Positions 30,601-32,000 of a stretch of 32,000 bases of DNA are shown one piece after another. Both the position numbers and the translations under genes were made by a program. The DNA is taken from assembly GCF_000025945.1 (NCBI RefSeq), contig NC_006138.1, positions 2,370,001-2,402,000 of the forward strand, read 5' to 3'. The DNA comes from Desulfotalea psychrophila LSv54 (lineage in GTDB: Bacteria; Desulfobacterota; Desulfobulbia; Desulfobulbales; Desulfocapsaceae). Numbering within the stretch: position 1 is the stretch's first letter; every line of letters begins with the position of its first letter. The notes below the pieces were generated by a model, which saw only the letters and a list, made by a program, of their open reading frames with translations, was not told the DNA's origin and did no database searches.

Positions 30601-32000
30601 GCAGTGGCAGGTGACAGCATCGAGTTGCTTCTTGATGGCAGCTCATTTGCAACAGCAAAGACGGTGATACTTTCTGCTGATGACATCACTAACGGCTCTG
30701 TGAATTTCACTGTTACTAACGCTGATCTCGGTAGCGACGGTGCCAAGGCATTGACTACACAGTTAACCGATATGGCTGGCAATGTGGGCATTATCAGCAA
30801 TGCGATGGACTTCACCCTTGATACCACCCTACCAGCTGCACCGACCTTAGCCGAACTCACTAGCACCGATTTGGGCGACACTCTCATGAATGCTGCTGAG
30901 TCGCTATCAACAGACTTCCAAGCAACACTACCAACAACAGGTTCACTTGCAGTGGCAGGTGACAGCATCGAGTTGCTTCTTGATGGCAGCTCATTTGCAA
31001 CAGCAAAAACGGTGATACTTTCTGCTGATGACATCACTAACGGCTCTGTGAATTTCACTGTTACTGACGCTGATCTCGGTAGCGACGGTGCCAAGGCATT
31101 GACTACACAGTTAACCGATATTGCTGGCAATGTGGGCATTATCAGCAATGCGATGGACTTCACCCTTGATACCACCCTGGCAGCTGCACCGACCTTAGCC
31201 GAACTCACTAGCACCGATCTGGACGACGCTCTCATGAATGCTGCTGAGTCTCTATCAACAGACTTTCGAGCAACACTGCCAACAACAGGTTCACTTGCGG
31301 TAGAAGGTGACAGCATCGAGTTGCTTCTTGATGGTAGCTCATTTGCAACAGCAAAGACGGTGATACTTTCTGCTGATGACATTACTAACGGCTTTGTGAA
31401 TTTCACTGTTACTAACGCTGATCTCGGTAGCGACGGTGCCAAGGCATTGACTACACAGTTAACCGATATGGCTGGCAATCTGGGCATTATCAGCAATGCG
31501 ATGGACTTCACCCTTGATACCACCCTACCAGCTGCACCGACCTTAGCCGAGCTCACTAGCACCGATCTGGACGACACTCTCATTAATGCTGCTGAGTCTC
31601 TATCAACAGACTTTCGAGCAACACTGCCAACAACAGGTTCACTTGCAGTGGCAGGTGACAGCATCGAGTTGCTTCTTGATGGCAGTTCATTTGCAACAGC
31701 AAAGACGGTGATACTTTCTGCTGATGACATTACTAACGGCTTTGTGAATTTCACTGTTACTGACGCTGATCTCGGTAGCGACGGTGCCAAGGCATTGACT
31801 ACACAGTTAACCGATATGGCTGGCAATCTGGGCATTATCAGCAATGCGATGGACTTCACCCTTGATACCACCCTACCAGCTGCACCGACCTTAGCCGAAC
31901 TCACTAGCACCGATTTGGGCGACACTCTCATGAATGCTGCTGAGTCTCTATCAACAGACTTTCGAGCAACACTACCAACAACAGGTTCACTTGCGGTAGA
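27652..32000 (+). CDS. giant repetitive surface adhesin, 5' part (runs off window); LapA/Bap-like, probable type I secretion substrate
   Basis: Open frame from the ATG at 27652 (MKNLLLIEVLAGGEVVEHPLTISASFGAQ...) to the window end. Has an N-terminal BapA-like domain, the Gly-rich hydrophobic segment SPWVWAGGLLGAGGIAVAAGGGSSDSSSS, and multiple Ig-like repeats ending ...TLDTTLPAAPTLAEL. Not in the ORF track because no stop lies within the window. Confidence 0.9.
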   Translation, partial: MKNLLLIEVLAGGEVVEHPLTISASFGAQAGAIYSVLDQDHRIPDNLIIKRSGDNLDIEIDEEPVAQIEDFYGQELGARYSVDGSLAPAEGMAITDTTTAGPTDEIVWQASEGAESISPWVWAGGLLGAGGIAVAAGGGSSDSSSSVDKGSDSHDVTVRGVAGPFLATSHAIVEVYDGQGNLLGGGKFETSGQVKLTIGDYKGAILVKVIDNNEGAGDYLDEASGLSLSLGAPLRAMGYSDGNGDVYISVTPLTELAARQAGITGNEVNEADLAANDQIAELFAVEDILAPVVTVVEDGYDSSDEINETAEHYGEILAQLSGADSTTTGMAKTLDQLENAITELGDGKLALSQEGVELLADGVDAFTNGVNGNRADLGNSLIQPPLIEAANDGINAADKDAGILVKISGVKADDGVSLQWGEQTQDFIIAGIDIDDEGMASITLPASIVEAAGDGSTVVRYQINAGDMSPAVIIEVDTMAPDAPTLAELITTDLDDTLMNAAESLSTDFQATLPTTGSLAVAGDSIELLLDGSSFATAKTVILSADDITNGSVNFTVTNADLGSDGAKALTTQLTDMAGNVGIISNAMDFTLDTTLPAAPTLAELTSTDLGDTLMNAAESLSTDFQATLPTTGSLAVAGDSIELLLDGSSFATAKTVILSADDITNGSVNFTVTNADLGSDGAKALTTQLTDMAGNVGIISNAMDFTLDTTLPAAPTLAELTSTDLGDTLMNAAESLSTDFQATLPTTGSLAVAGDSIELLLDGSSFATAKTVILSADDITNGSVNFTVTNADLGSDGAKALTTQLTDMAGNVGIISNAMDFTLDTTLPAAPTLAELTSTDLGDTLMNAAESLSTDFQATLPTTGSLAVAGDSIELLLDGSSFATAKTVILSADDITNGSVNFTVTNADLGSDGAKALTTQLTDMAGNVGIISNAMDFTLDTTLPAAPTLAELTSTDLGDTLMNAAESLSTDFQATLPTTGSLAVAGDSIELLLDGSSFATAKTVILSADDITNGSVNFTVTNADLGSDGAKALTTQLTDMAGNVGIISNAMDFTLDTTLPAAPTLAELTSTDLGDTLMNAAESLSTDFQATLPTTGSLAVAGDSIELLLDGSSFATAKTVILSADDITNGSVNFTVTDADLGSDGAKALTTQLTDIAGNVGIISNAMDFTLDTTLAAAPTLAELTSTDLDDALMNAAESLSTDFRATLPTTGSLAVEGDSIELLLDGSSFATAKTVILSADDITNGFVNFTVTNADLGSDGAKALTTQLTDMAGNLGIISNAMDFTLDTTLPAAPTLAELTSTDLDDTLINAAESLSTDFRATLPTTGSLAVAGDSIELLLDGSSFATAKTVILSADDITNGFVNFTVTDADLGSDGAKALTTQLTDMAGNLGIISNAMDFTLDTTLPAAPTLAELTSTDLGDTLMNAAESLSTDFRATLPTTGSLAV
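29101..32000 (+). repeat. tandem 348-bp (116-aa) repeats: 8 complete units plus a partial ninth
   Basis: The anchor CCGACCTTAG begins at 29101, 29449, 29797, 30145, 30493, 30841, 31189, 31537 and 31885, exactly 348 nt apart each time. Confidence 0.97.

Noticed and set aside
29034-31931. 965-aa minus-strand ORF (longest in the track), repetitive MRVSPKSVLVSSAKVGAAGRVVSRVKS...
   Set aside because: Antisense shadow of the 348-bp repeat array: 348 is a multiple of 3, so one stop-free antisense unit stays open through all units. The plus strand reads as a standard Ig-like adhesin continuous from 27652.
29101-32000. CRISPR-like reading of the tandem repeats
   Set aside because: Repeats are contiguous 348-bp coding units in one frame with no spacers.

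Overview
The window looks like a psychrophilic or marine deltaproteobacterial (Desulfotalea/Desulfobulbaceae-like) chromosome segment; this taxon guess is inference only. Left part: a hypothetical protein, a lipoprotein adenosine-deaminase-like enzyme, a secreted Cys-containing hypothetical protein, an HrpB-type helicase, an NhaD-type Na+/H+ antiporter gene broken by an in-frame TGA and a frameshift, and a convergent NhaR-like LysR regulator. Next comes a remnant-rich stretch (about 10.4-12.9 kb) with IS ends, two hairpin/terminator clusters in non-coding DNA, a GNAT acetyltransferase and a decayed integrase-core transposase. After it is a visibly GC-richer, translationally coupled operon on the minus strand (AMP-forming acyl/acetyl-CoA synthetase, 2-oxoacid dehydrogenase E1-alpha, E1-beta, E2, acyl carrier protein, then lipoate-protein ligase). 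This operon is flanked on the other side by a 203-bp MITE-like element and the right end of a Tn3-family transposon, including a 38-bp terminal inverted repeat. The right part has an amidohydrolase, a PD-(D/E)XK-like nuclease protein, a 2-oxoacid:ferredoxin oxidoreductase pair and the 5' part of a giant adhesin (27652 to beyond 32000). The adhesin carries a near-identical 348-bp (116-aa) tandem repeat. The long antisense ORF in the ORF track over that repeat is a shadow ORF. No tRNA, rRNA or CRISPR array was recognised.
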